The notes under the pieces: generated by a model | What the model was told of the DNA's origin: nothing | The model's database searches: none | The model's input: only the letters and a program-made list of their open reading frames with translations | In this document: one piece after another, positions 17,726 through 26,884 of the stretch | How the letters are laid out: each line of letters begins with the position of its first letter | Numbering within the stretch: the first letter of the stretch is position 1 | Position numbers and translations under genes: made by a program | IMG/VR virus record: IMGVR_UViG_3300022752_000223 | Coordinates: 1 to 33,837 of that record | DNA: 33,837 nt | Reading direction: 5' to 3' (one strand) | From: a virus | Taxonomy: Duplodnaviria > Caudoviricetes

Positions 17726-18574
17726 ATGGCAAACGTAAGAATTATTTATGACGATGCGGCTGGAAGAGCAACAATTACAGCTAATAATACTGCTAATGGT
17801 AGTCTTGAAGCTAGTTCTTTAAATACAAATACAAAAAGTTTAGCGCATCGTAGTAATAGCACTAGTGTTACTTATACACTAACTTGGGCTAGTGATGAAA
17901 TTATAAATGGTATTATACTTCCAGCCACTAATTTAAGTAGTGCAAGTACTATTGCAGTAGTAGCAAAAAATTCAATTGGAACAAGTATTTATACACATAA
18001 TAGTGGAACACCAGTTAATGCTTGTATAAATACTACTCTAGATAGTTATCCTAGTATAAAAAATGTAAATAGTTTTCCTTATGGTGGATTAAGTAAAACT
18101 GCTATATGGTTTACCTCAACACCAACAACAGTAAGGTCTCTAGAAATAACTTTAAATCGTGGTACTAATCCTAGTGCTAGCCCAGCATATCCTAGTTATA
18201 TAGATTGTAGTAGAATAATTTGTGGAAAATACTGGGAACCTAATATTGGTGTTAGTAAAGATGGATTAGAAGTTACGATAAGTGATACTACACAAACTAG
18301 TCGCAGTGATGCCGGCGATTTATATAGTGATCGCGGCAATATATATGATCAATTAAATTTTAATCTAGCTATTTTAGATAAAGCAGATAGAGAAGAATTA
18401 ATTAAAATAATGAAATATGTAGGTAGTTATAGAAATATAGCTGTAAGTATATTTCCTGAAGGAAATAATAGAAATGAACAAGATTATTTAATCTATGGAA
18501 AACGAGAAACTAGTGGAATTGGCTATTTAGTACACAATTTCTACTCGAATAGTTTCTCTATTACAGGATGGTAG
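17726..18574 (+). CDS. Putative distal tail (Dit-like) / baseplate protein
   Basis: 282 aa from ATG 17726 (SD GAGGA), preferred over TTG 17702. Beta-rich N-terminal part, then IDCSRIICGKYWEP and DTTQTSRSDAGDLY motifs reminiscent of distal tail proteins. Function is inference. Confidence 0.45.
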   Translation: MANVRIIYDDAAGRATITANNTANGSLEASSLNTNTKSLAHRSNSTSVTYTLTWASDEIINGIILPATNLSSASTIAVVAKNSIGTSIYTHNSGTPVNACINTTLDSYPSIKNVNSFPYGGLSKTAIWFTSTPTTVRSLEITLNRGTNPSASPAYPSYIDCSRIICGKYWEPNIGVSKDGLEVTISDTTQTSRSDAGDLYSDRGNIYDQLNFNLAILDKADREELIKIMKYVGSYRNIAVSIFPEGNNRNEQDYLIYGKRETSGIGYLVHNFYSNSFSITGW

Positions 18575-18583
18575 GGAGAAACT

Positions 18584-18934
18584 ATGGAATCTATAGAAAA
18601 TCAGGGATTAGTACAAACACTTTCATTAGTTGCAATGGCTATAATTGCACTAGGTATTGGTATACAGAAATTATTAAAACAATGGAGTACTACAAACGCA
18701 GAAACTAGTGTTATTGAAATGATGCACAAAGAAATAGAGCGTATGGGTACACAAAATGCTAAGTTACAAGAAGAACTTAGTAAACTACAAAATGAACTTA
18801 TTGAACTAAATAATCAACTTAGTAAACTTAGTATAGAAAATAATAAACTACAAGAAGAAGTAAGTGCACTTACACTAGAGCTTAATAGTTTTAAAAAGTT
18901 GGCAGCTATTAGAAAGATAAAGGTGCAACAGTGA
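18584..18934 (+). CDS. Single-TM coiled-coil membrane protein (holin-like or unknown)
   Basis: 116 aa. Hydrophobic LVQTLSLVAMAIIALGIGI segment, then about 7 regular heptads (LQEELSK-LQNELIE-LNNQLSK-LSIENNK-LQEEVSA-LTLELNS). SD GGGAG. Confidence 0.55.
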   Translation: MESIENQGLVQTLSLVAMAIIALGIGIQKLLKQWSTTNAETSVIEMMHKEIERMGTQNAKLQEELSKLQNELIELNNQLSKLSIENNKLQEEVSALTLELNSFKKLAAIRKIKVQQ

Positions 18935-19524
18935 CACCGGCAAAAATTAATTATAAAATTTATCAAGGCAGTACTTTTAGGGAAATATATCGCTGGGAAT
19001 CACAAACTAAACAGTATGCTAATATTACTGCTATTACAAAAGCGGCTCCTTGTGTAATAACTGCACCATCTCATACAGTACCTAGTGGATGGCGAGTTCG
19101 TGTAACTGGTGTTGGTGGTATGAAAGAAATAAATATCACATCAGAAGATGGCTATTATATTGCTACTAGTGTAGCCGCTAATCAAGTAACACTTAATCAA
19201 ATAAATAGTAGTAGTTATACAACTTATATAAGTGGTGGTATACTAGAGTGGAATCATCCAATAAGTCTTGTAGGATATACTGCTAAAATGCAAATTAGAG
19301 AAACAGTAGACAGTTCTACTGTTATTCTAGAATTAACTCATTTAAATGGTGGTATAGTATTAGATACAGCGAATTATACTATTACAGTAAATATGACTAA
19401 TGTTCAAACTGCAGCATTTACTTTTCCAGTAGCAGTTTATAGCTTAGAACTTACAGATAGTAGTGGATTTGTAACAACTTTTATTCAAGGTAATTTAACT
19501 CTAATACCGGAGGTTACAAGATGA
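18931..19524 (+). CDS. Putative collar / side-fibre anchoring protein (T5 p132-like beta sandwich) with inserted domain
   Basis: 197 aa, GTG start. IYQGSTF...LVGYTAKMQIR...AVYSLEL...QGNLTLIPEVTR frame interrupted by a ~75-aa ITAITKAAPCVIT...VTGVGGMKEIN segment. Confidence 0.55.
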   Translation: MTPAKINYKIYQGSTFREIYRWESQTKQYANITAITKAAPCVITAPSHTVPSGWRVRVTGVGGMKEINITSEDGYYIATSVAANQVTLNQINSSSYTTYISGGILEWNHPISLVGYTAKMQIRETVDSSTVILELTHLNGGIVLDTANYTITVNMTNVQTAAFTFPVAVYSLELTDSSGFVTTFIQGNLTLIPEVTR

Positions 19525-19754
19525 CAACTGAAGTAATTGTAACCGAAAAAAATAATCAAGTAGTTATCGAAAGAAAAGAACCTCAAGTTATAGTTGCTGG
19601 CTTAATGGGACCTAATAGTAGTATAACTGGTTTAACAGACGTAGATCTTTCAAACTTAACAGATGGCGGGCTGTTGGTTTATAGAACTTTAGTACAAAAA
19701 TGGGTAGCAACCACAACGCTTGACGCTCAAAATATGGAAGGCGGCTACTATTAA
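19521..19754 (+). CDS. Short fibre adaptor-like protein
   Basis: 77 aa. N-terminal beta strands plus GLMGP, then an LTDVD...LVY...KW fibre motif and C-terminal MEGGYY. Confidence 0.5.
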   Translation: MTTEVIVTEKNNQVVIERKEPQVIVAGLMGPNSSITGLTDVDLSNLTDGGLLVYRTLVQKWVATTTLDAQNMEGGYY

Positions 19755-19767
19755 TCGGAGATAATAA

Positions 19768-22473
19768 ATGGCTTCAACAATTCGTATTAAGCGTACAACT
19801 ACTGGCGGTAGTCCAGGTACCCTAGGTTTAGGAGAACTAGCATATGCATTTACTAGTGCAACAGCTGGTTCTGGAAAACTATATATAGGTGGTGGTACAG
19901 AAACATCAGGAAATGCAAGTGCTAGAGTAGTGCTTGGTGGAGAATACTATACAGCATTAATTGATAGTGGTGGTGCAGGCGGCACACTTACTACTAATGC
20001 AAAATCTATACCTGTACTTAGTGCTACTGGTACTATTGACACTTGGAAAGTTGGTAATTTACAACTTACAGCTAATGCATTAAGTTCTACAAATGCTAAT
20101 GGTGATATTAGTATTACACCTAATGGTACTGGTAAAACTGTTATTAGTAATGTTTATATTGGTGATACTAGTACAACACTGCAAGAATATATTTATGATC
20201 AAGTTGGTGGTACTATAGCTAATGGTACTGGTATTACCACAACTTTTAATGATTCTAGTAATACTACAACTATTGCCATTGATAGCACTGTAGCCACACT
20301 TACTGGTACACAAACACTTACTAATAAAACAATAAATCTTTCTAGTAATACATTAACTGCTACTAGTTCACAACTTGCTACTGCAATTACTGATGAAACA
20401 GGTAGTGGTAGCTTAGTATTTGCTACAAGTCCAACACTAGTAACTCCTGTACTAGGTGTTGCTACAGCTACAAGTATTAATAAACTTGCTATTACTGCAC
20501 CTACAACTAGTGCAACACTAACAATAGCTGATGGTAAAATACTAACAGTAAGTAATACTTTAACTTTTACGGGTACAGATACAAGCTCAGTAGCTTTTGG
20601 TACTGGTGGTACAGTTGCTTATACAGCTAACAAATTAAATGTATTTGCTGCTACAACTAGTAGTGAACTAGCAGGTGTAATCAGTGATGAAACAGGTAGT
20701 GGTGCATTAGTATTTGCTACAAGTCCAACACTTGTAACTCCAACACTTGGTGTAGCTAGTGCTACAAGTGTCAACAAGTTGGCTATCACTGCCCCTGCTA
20801 ATAGCGCAACATTGACTATTGCAGATGGCAAGACACTAACAGCAAGTAACACATTGACATTCACTGGTACTGATAGCAGTTCAGTAGCATTTGGTGCAGG
20901 TGGTACAGTTGCTTATACAGCTAACAAATTAAATGTATTTGCTGCTACAACTAGTAGTGAACTAGCAGGTGTAATCAGTGATGAAACAGGTAGTGGTAGC
21001 TTAGTATTTGCTACAAGTCCAACACTAGTAACTCCTGTACTAGGTGTTGCTACAGCTACAAGTATTAATAAACTTGCTATTACTGCACCTACAACTAGTG
21101 CAACACTAACAATAGCTGATGGTAAAATACTAACAGTAAGTAATACTTTAACTTTTACGGGTACAGATACAAGCTCAGTAGCTTTTGGTACTGGTGGTAC
21201 AGTTGCTTATACAGCTAACAAATTAAATGTATTTGCTGCTACAACTAGTAGTGAACTAGCAGGTGTAATCAGTGATGAAACAGGTAGTGGTGCATTGGTA
21301 TTTGCTACAAGTCCAACACTAGTAACTCCTGTACTAGGTGTTGCTACAGCTACAAGTATTACGGCTACTAGTGGTGCACTAATAATTGCAGGTGCTGCTG
21401 GCAATAATAATGTTACTATTACTCCAACAGGCACAGGTACTGTTGATGTAAGCAGTAAACGTATTACTAGTGTTGCTGATCCTACACAAGCACAAGATGC
21501 TGCAACTAAAGCATATGTAGATGCAGTAAAAACTGGTTTAGATATTAAAGATAGTGTACGTGCTGCAACTACAGCAAATATTACATTAAGTAATACTCAA
21601 ACTATTGATGGCGTAGCCCTTAGTGTTGGAGATAGGGTACTTGTTAAGGATCAAAGCACAGCTAGTCAAAATGGTATCTATGTTGTAGCTAGCGCAGCAT
21701 GGACAAGAGCTATTGATTTTGATAATACACCTGGTACTGAGGTTACTAGTGGTGTATTTACATTTGTTGAAGAAGGTACTGTTAACAGTGATAGTGGTTG
21801 GGTACTTACTACTGATGGTACAATTACTCTAGGTAGTACAAATTTAACTTTTGTACAATTTAGTGGTGCTGGTCAAATTATTGCTGGTGGTGGTTTAACT
21901 AAAACTGGTAATACACTAGATGTAGGTGGCACAGCAAATCGTATTACAATTAATGCTGATAGTATTGATATTGCTAGTACTTATGTAGGTCAATCTAGCA
22001 TTACTACACTAGGTACAATTGCTACAGGTACATGGCAAGCTACAATAATTAATCCTATTTATGGTGGTACTGGTGTAAATAATGGTAGTAGTACTTTAAC
22101 ACTAGGTGGTAGTGTTACACATGCAGGTGCATTTACTCAAACATTTACTGCTACTGGTAATACTAGCGTTACTTTACCAACAACTGGTACACTTGCTACA
22201 TTATCTGGTACAGAAACATTTGCAAATAAAACATTAACAAGTCCTACTATTAATAGTGGCGCAATTAGTGGAACATTTACAGGTGCAGCAACACTTAGTG
22301 GTATTATTACACTATCTAGTAATACAGTATCTAGCTCAACTACAACTGGTACATTAGTAGTTACTGGTGGTATTGGAGTTAGTGGTACAATTTATGTAGG
22401 CACAAATATAACTGGTGCAGGAGCAGCAACTTCTACACTAGATGGATTTACAATTGATGGTGGTACATACTAA
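19768..22473 (+). CDS. Long tail fibre protein with 98-aa internal repeats
   Basis: 901 aa, Thr/Gly/Ser-rich. N-terminal IRIKR...PGTLGLGELAY. Conserved fibre domain DAATKAYVD...SVRAATTANI...GDRVLVKDQ...NGIY. C-terminal IDGGTY. SD GGAG. Confidence 0.85.
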   Translation: MASTIRIKRTTTGGSPGTLGLGELAYAFTSATAGSGKLYIGGGTETSGNASARVVLGGEYYTALIDSGGAGGTLTTNAKSIPVLSATGTIDTWKVGNLQLTANALSSTNANGDISITPNGTGKTVISNVYIGDTSTTLQEYIYDQVGGTIANGTGITTTFNDSSNTTTIAIDSTVATLTGTQTLTNKTINLSSNTLTATSSQLATAITDETGSGSLVFATSPTLVTPVLGVATATSINKLAITAPTTSATLTIADGKILTVSNTLTFTGTDTSSVAFGTGGTVAYTANKLNVFAATTSSELAGVISDETGSGALVFATSPTLVTPTLGVASATSVNKLAITAPANSATLTIADGKTLTASNTLTFTGTDSSSVAFGAGGTVAYTANKLNVFAATTSSELAGVISDETGSGSLVFATSPTLVTPVLGVATATSINKLAITAPTTSATLTIADGKILTVSNTLTFTGTDTSSVAFGTGGTVAYTANKLNVFAATTSSELAGVISDETGSGALVFATSPTLVTPVLGVATATSITATSGALIIAGAAGNNNVTITPTGTGTVDVSSKRITSVADPTQAQDAATKAYVDAVKTGLDIKDSVRAATTANITLSNTQTIDGVALSVGDRVLVKDQSTASQNGIYVVASAAWTRAIDFDNTPGTEVTSGVFTFVEEGTVNSDSGWVLTTDGTITLGSTNLTFVQFSGAGQIIAGGGLTKTGNTLDVGGTANRITINADSIDIASTYVGQSSITTLGTIATGTWQATIINPIYGGTGVNNGSSTLTLGGSVTHAGAFTQTFTATGNTSVTLPTTGTLATLSGTETFANKTLTSPTINSGAISGTFTGAATLSGIITLSSNTVSSSTTTGTLVVTGGIGVSGTIYVGTNITGAGAATSTLDGFTIDGGTY
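20392..21360 (+). repeat. 294-bp tandem repeat, 3.3 units
   Basis: GATGAAACAGGTAGTGGT recurs at 20392, 20686, 20980 and 21274. Units 1 and 3 appear identical by eye, unit 2 is diverged. Confidence 0.92.
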
Positions 22474-22526
22474 TCTATAGGCAATCATTTTTGATTATAA
22501 GCCAACCTTTTTAGGATATTAATTAA

Positions 22527-22967
22527 ATGGCAAATAAAGTTATATTAAAGAAAAGCTCGGTAGTTGGTAAAGTACCACTAGCTGCCGATCTTGATTATGG
22601 CGAAGTAGCAATTAATTATGCAGATGGAAAACTGTTTTATAAGAAAACAGATAATACAATTGCAGAAATTAGTGGGGCTGGTGGCGTTGGAAATAATAAT
22701 TTACAAACTAGACGAGTATATGAATTTACAGCAACTAATAATCAAACTACTTTTAGTGTACCTAATGGCTATATAGTAGGTGGAATAGATGTAATTATTA
22801 ATGGTAGTTTATTAGCTAGTACAGATTATACTGCTACAAATGGAACAACAGTTGTACTAGCAGAAAATGCTGTTGCAGGAGATTTTATACGTATAGTTGC
22901 ACTAGATAGCCCTACCGCTACAGAATTAAGTAACTTTTCAATTGCAATGGCAATTGCACTAGGATAA
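22527..22967 (+). CDS. Fibre adaptor / branch protein
   Basis: 146 aa. N-terminal ILKKS...PLAADLDYGEVA resembles the 19768 N-terminus. The ATNNQTTF...DYTATNGTTVVL domain is shared with 25685. C-terminal IAMAIALG. Confidence 0.6.
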   Translation: MANKVILKKSSVVGKVPLAADLDYGEVAINYADGKLFYKKTDNTIAEISGAGGVGNNNLQTRRVYEFTATNNQTTFSVPNGYIVGGIDVIINGSLLASTDYTATNGTTVVLAENAVAGDFIRIVALDSPTATELSNFSIAMAIALG

Positions 22968-22971
22968 TACT

Positions 22972-23307
22972 ATGCCATTTAAAAGTAAAATATCTGCAAA
23001 TATAGGAACCAGTGGTAGTCCCACAACCGTTACTGATACAGTTAGTGCAAGTACTGCACATACTGTTATAGGATTATCACTAGCAAATATAACTGCTAGT
23101 AATATTAATATTAGTGCAAAATTACTTAAAAGTGGCGGCACTAATGCACATCTTATTAAAGATGCTACTATATTGCCTGGAGGCACACTCGTACTAGTTG
23201 GCGGTGATCAAAAAGTAGTATTAGAAGCTGGTGATAGTATAACAGCTTGGAGTAGTAGTAGCAGTAGTTGTGATGTAGTTGTAAGCTATCTATCAGCAAC
23301 TAATTAA
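22972..23307 (+). CDS. Small beta-sandwich structural protein
   Basis: 111 aa with VIGLSLAN...PGGTLVLV...KVVLEAGDSI...VVVSYL. Paralogue of 31413..31775. Confidence 0.6.
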   Translation: MPFKSKISANIGTSGSPTTVTDTVSASTAHTVIGLSLANITASNINISAKLLKSGGTNAHLIKDATILPGGTLVLVGGDQKVVLEAGDSITAWSSSSSSCDVVVSYLSATN

Positions 23308-23317
23308 GGAGAATACG

Positions 23318-24397
23318 ATGCCATATATTGGAAATGCTCCTTATCAAGGTGTTATAGATAGTGGTAATATTTTAAATGGCACTATTGATACTGTAGATAT
23401 TAAAGATGGTGCAATTACAAATGCTAAATTACTTAATAGTGCAATAACTATTAATGGAACAAGTGTTAGTTTAGGTGGATCTACTACTATTGCTGGTGGT
23501 GTTACAGGTAGTATACAGTATAATGCAGGTAGTACATTTGGTGGTGTTTCAACATTTGTATACGATTCTGCCAATGGTTGGATGGGAATTGGCACAGCTT
23601 CACCAACTGAAGAATTAACGGTTGCTGGACAAGGCATATTCTACACTGATACTATTAATACACATAGTTATAGTTTAACAAATGGCGGCACCGCATATGG
23701 TGGGGCAAATGTACCACATATTACTATAGGTTCTACTAATGGTAGCTATGCACACCTATTAATTAAAGGTGGGGCTACAGCTGCCGACGGTAGTAATGTT
23801 CCTATTATAGGCATGGCAGTAAGAAATAGTGCTGGTAACTATACACTAGGTGCACAAATTGGTATATTAACAAATAGTGCTGGTTCAACTGCTGGTAGTG
23901 AAAATCATGGTTTGTTTTTTGGTACACAAAATGGTGGTACAGCTGTAGCTATACGTGCTTATTTTGAACCTGCAGGTAATTTTGTACCCAATAATAACGT
24001 AACTTATACTTTAGGTACAATTAATTTACGTTGGTTGCAAACTTATACGCGCGATATTTTTGCTAGCAAATATAATCGTATTATACAAAGCATAACCTCT
24101 AGTGCTGGTACTCAAACAATTGATTTTAACAGTGGTAGTTCTGTTGTATTAACACTTAATGCTGGTATTACAGGCTGGACACTACAAAATATTCCTAGTA
24201 GTGTAGAATTTGAATTTAGACTATATATAGTAATTGCGGCTGGAGGTAGTATAAGTACCTGGCCAACAGGGGTGAAATGGGCCAACGGACAAACACCATC
24301 TTTATCAACTACAGCAAGTAAAATCGATGTAATTAGCTTTGTTACATATGATGGTGGATCATCTTGGTTAGCTATGGTAGTAGGACAGAATTTCTAA
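23318..24397 (+). CDS. Tail fibre-like protein
   Basis: 359 aa. MPYIGN start, GIGTASP fibre motif, PNNNVTYTLG...RW motif, C-terminal TWPTGVKW...P.LST...DVISFVTYDGGSSW domain. SD AAGGAG. Confidence 0.7.
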   Translation: MPYIGNAPYQGVIDSGNILNGTIDTVDIKDGAITNAKLLNSAITINGTSVSLGGSTTIAGGVTGSIQYNAGSTFGGVSTFVYDSANGWMGIGTASPTEELTVAGQGIFYTDTINTHSYSLTNGGTAYGGANVPHITIGSTNGSYAHLLIKGGATAADGSNVPIIGMAVRNSAGNYTLGAQIGILTNSAGSTAGSENHGLFFGTQNGGTAVAIRAYFEPAGNFVPNNNVTYTLGTINLRWLQTYTRDIFASKYNRIIQSITSSAGTQTIDFNSGSSVVLTLNAGITGWTLQNIPSSVEFEFRLYIVIAAGGSISTWPTGVKWANGQTPSLSTTASKIDVISFVTYDGGSSWLAMVVGQNF

Positions 24398-24398
24398 T

Positions 24399-25175
24399 AT
24401 GATCTATACAACTTATCAACATCAGCCAACTTGCTCTATTGCAAGAATAGCACAAAATACTTCTGTAGGTGTAGCAGGTAATATTAACCTAACAGCAACT
24501 ACTAACCAACAAATACTACCTGGCGATGGAATTTTAATCTTTGTGTCCAATAAAGGTGTTAATAACTGGACTGCTATGTATGGACCTGATGATGTTAATG
24601 GTCAAAAAACCATATCTGGTCAAAATAGTGCAGGACAGCTAGGTAGTCCAAATGTTCAAGCACGTAGTGCAGGTGGTACTGCTGCACACCTAGTATGGGC
24701 AGGTATTGCTGGTGGTACAATAGCTGCAAACAGCAACTTTCAGGTATTTATTAACTCAGGTAATGGAACCCTACTAAGTGTTTTTAGAATACGTGGAGCA
24801 CCTAGACTTGAAAATCATTCAGCTCTTACACTAACTAATGGCATTGCTAATACTGTTTATGGTGTAGGAACGTGGAGAAGTACAGGTGCCAACCAAGTTA
24901 CAGGAATAGGTGGTTATAGACGAAACCTAGTACTTGTAATGCTAATAACATCAGGTATAGCCAATAATATTATTAATGGTACAGCTAACTATTTTCAGTT
25001 AATTGATAGCGTATATTTTAATATTGCAAGCTCAACTGGACTTTCACCTTCTTCAATAATAGGAACTTTAACTTACTGGAACGTTGTTGATCCAGTAGCT
25101 GGAAATCAATTCTTAATAAGATTTCCACTAGCTACACCTAATGCAACAATAACTGGTATGAGATTTGTAATATAG
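24399..25175 (+). CDS. Putative adhesin / fibre tip protein
   Basis: 258 aa, Gly/Asn/Thr-rich, beta-rich, tightly coupled to the upstream fibre gene. No family recognised. Confidence 0.45.
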   Translation: MIYTTYQHQPTCSIARIAQNTSVGVAGNINLTATTNQQILPGDGILIFVSNKGVNNWTAMYGPDDVNGQKTISGQNSAGQLGSPNVQARSAGGTAAHLVWAGIAGGTIAANSNFQVFINSGNGTLLSVFRIRGAPRLENHSALTLTNGIANTVYGVGTWRSTGANQVTGIGGYRRNLVLVMLITSGIANNIINGTANYFQLIDSVYFNIASSTGLSPSSIIGTLTYWNVVDPVAGNQFLIRFPLATPNATITGMRFVI

Positions 25176-25183
25176 GAATAAAC

Positions 25184-25447
25184 ATGTATCAAGTTCATGT
25201 AAATATGCAATTTTATAAACTAGCACAAGACCTGCAAGAAGCTACTAGTATAGTTACTCAAGCAATGCTAGCTCACCCTGGCCAACCAGTAACTATTATA
25301 CCAGTAGAAAGTTTAGATGATCAAATTATCTATAACACACCATTGCCTGAAATAGATATTAGTACTAGGATGCTTACAGCTGAGCAACTGGCTATTGTAG
25401 GTGGATTTCAACCTGTAGGTCAAGATCAACCCATTGGTCTAAGCTAA
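25184..25447 (+). CDS. Hypothetical protein
   Basis: 87 aa with SD AGGA. N-terminus resembles the next ORF. Confidence 0.55.
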   Translation: MYQVHVNMQFYKLAQDLQEATSIVTQAMLAHPGQPVTIIPVESLDDQIIYNTPLPEIDISTRMLTAEQLAIVGGFQPVGQDQPIGLS

Positions 25448-25449
25448 CT

Positions 25450-25671
25450 ATGATTAAGCAAGTATTCTTAAATGGTAAATTTTTACAAACTATAAACAGC
25501 AATGATACTGAAACTATACAAACTATTAAAAATCAGTATCCTGATCAAGAAATTACTGTAACAGAATCTAGCACAGAACAAAATATAGATAGTATGGTTA
25601 ATGTCTCTGATCAATTAATATCTGGTGTAGCTTTTATGGAAGTACAAATACTTTCAAACTTACCACAGTAG
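25450..25671 (+). CDS. Hypothetical protein
   Basis: 73 aa, fills the gap in the operon. QVxxNxxF...PxQxxT pattern shared with 25184. Confidence 0.55.
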   Translation: MIKQVFLNGKFLQTINSNDTETIQTIKNQYPDQEITVTESSTEQNIDSMVNVSDQLISGVAFMEVQILSNLPQ

Positions 25672-25684
25672 TTAAGGATAAATT

Positions 25685-26884
25685 ATGGCATATTTAGGAA
25701 ACGGTCCAGGAGTTGCTTCACAGCGCACTACAACAACTGTGGTGGCAACTAGTGGACAAACAACATTTACACCAACTAGTGGATATTCGCTTGGTTACCT
25801 AGACGTTTTCCTAAATGGCGTTAAACTGGTCAATGGCAGCGATTATACAGCCAGTAATGGTACCACTGTGGTATTAGTGTCAGGTGTGCAAGCTGGTGAT
25901 AGTGTTGAACTAGTAGCCTACACGCCACGCGGTTTATCAGATGGATATACAAAAACAGAAGCAGATCTACGCTTTCCAGTACTAGATGGTACTGGAAAAG
26001 TAGCTAGCCAACAATTACCTAGCTATGTAGATGATGTTCTAGAATATAACAACTATGCCGCATTACCCGCAACGGGTGAATCGGGCAAAATATACATAAC
26101 CTTAAATAATAATAAAGTATATCGTTGGTCAGGCAGTGTTTATGTAGAGATAGTAGCTACTCCAGGCAGTACTGATAGTGTTACTGAAGGTTCAACAAAT
26201 CTCTACTATACAAATGCTAGAGCACGTAGTAGCTTAAGCTTTACAGCAGGCAGTGGTGCCTATAACAGCAGTACAGGTGTTATTACAATACCTACTAATA
26301 CCAATCAGCTAACTAATGGTAGTAATTATATTACACTAACTAGTTTAAGTGCTACTACTGCTAGTGGAGTTAGCTATAATAATACTACAGGTGTTATTAG
26401 CCTGTCAAGTATACCTAACAATAGTCTAGCAAATAGTAGTATAACTATTAATGGTACAAGTGTTAGTTTAGGCGGATCTACTACTATTGCTGGTGGTGTT
26501 ACTAGTGTTAATACCTTAACAGGAGCTGTAACACTTACTACTGCAAACATCACTGAAAATACCAACCTCTACTATACAGACGCCAGGGTAGCTACTAAAC
26601 TTGGCACTACTAGCATAGACGCACTGAGTGATGTAGACACAACAACTAGCGCACCTACTAACAGCCAGGCCCTAGTATGGAATAGTACTAGTAGCAAGTG
26701 GGTACCAGGCACAGTTAGTGCTACTGGTGGCGGTAGTAATGCAGCCTTTTATCTTAATGATACAACTATAACCACAAACTACACAATTCCTAATGGACAA
26801 AATGCTATGACAGCTGGACCGATCACTGTTGTTAATAATGTAGTTGTTACGATTCCCGACGGATCAACTTGGACGGTGGTATAA
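25685..26884 (+). CDS. Tail fibre-like mosaic protein
   Basis: 399 aa. MAYLGN start, ATSGQTTF...DYTASNGTTVVL domain, QLPSYVDDVLEY...GKIY...YRWSGS domain, two ExxNLYYTxAR repeats, C-terminal NAMTAGPIT...VTIPDGSTWTVV. Confidence 0.75.
   Translation: MAYLGNGPGVASQRTTTTVVATSGQTTFTPTSGYSLGYLDVFLNGVKLVNGSDYTASNGTTVVLVSGVQAGDSVELVAYTPRGLSDGYTKTEADLRFPVLDGTGKVASQQLPSYVDDVLEYNNYAALPATGESGKIYITLNNNKVYRWSGSVYVEIVATPGSTDSVTEGSTNLYYTNARARSSLSFTAGSGAYNSSTGVITIPTNTNQLTNGSNYITLTSLSATTASGVSYNNTTGVISLSSIPNNSLANSSITINGTSVSLGGSTTIAGGVTSVNTLTGAVTLTTANITENTNLYYTDARVATKLGTTSIDALSDVDTTTSAPTNSQALVWNSTSSKWVPGTVSATGGGSNAAFYLNDTTITTNYTIPNGQNAMTAGPITVVNNVVVTIPDGSTWTVV

Noticed and set aside
14601-21360. Tandem repeats as a CRISPR array
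   Set aside because: Repeats are in frame, protein-coding and lack unique spacers. No cas genes.
22480-22512. GGC-AATCA-TTTT-TGATT-ATAA-GCC hairpin as a terminator
   Set aside because: AT-rich bulged stem with a displaced T run. Too weak to call.
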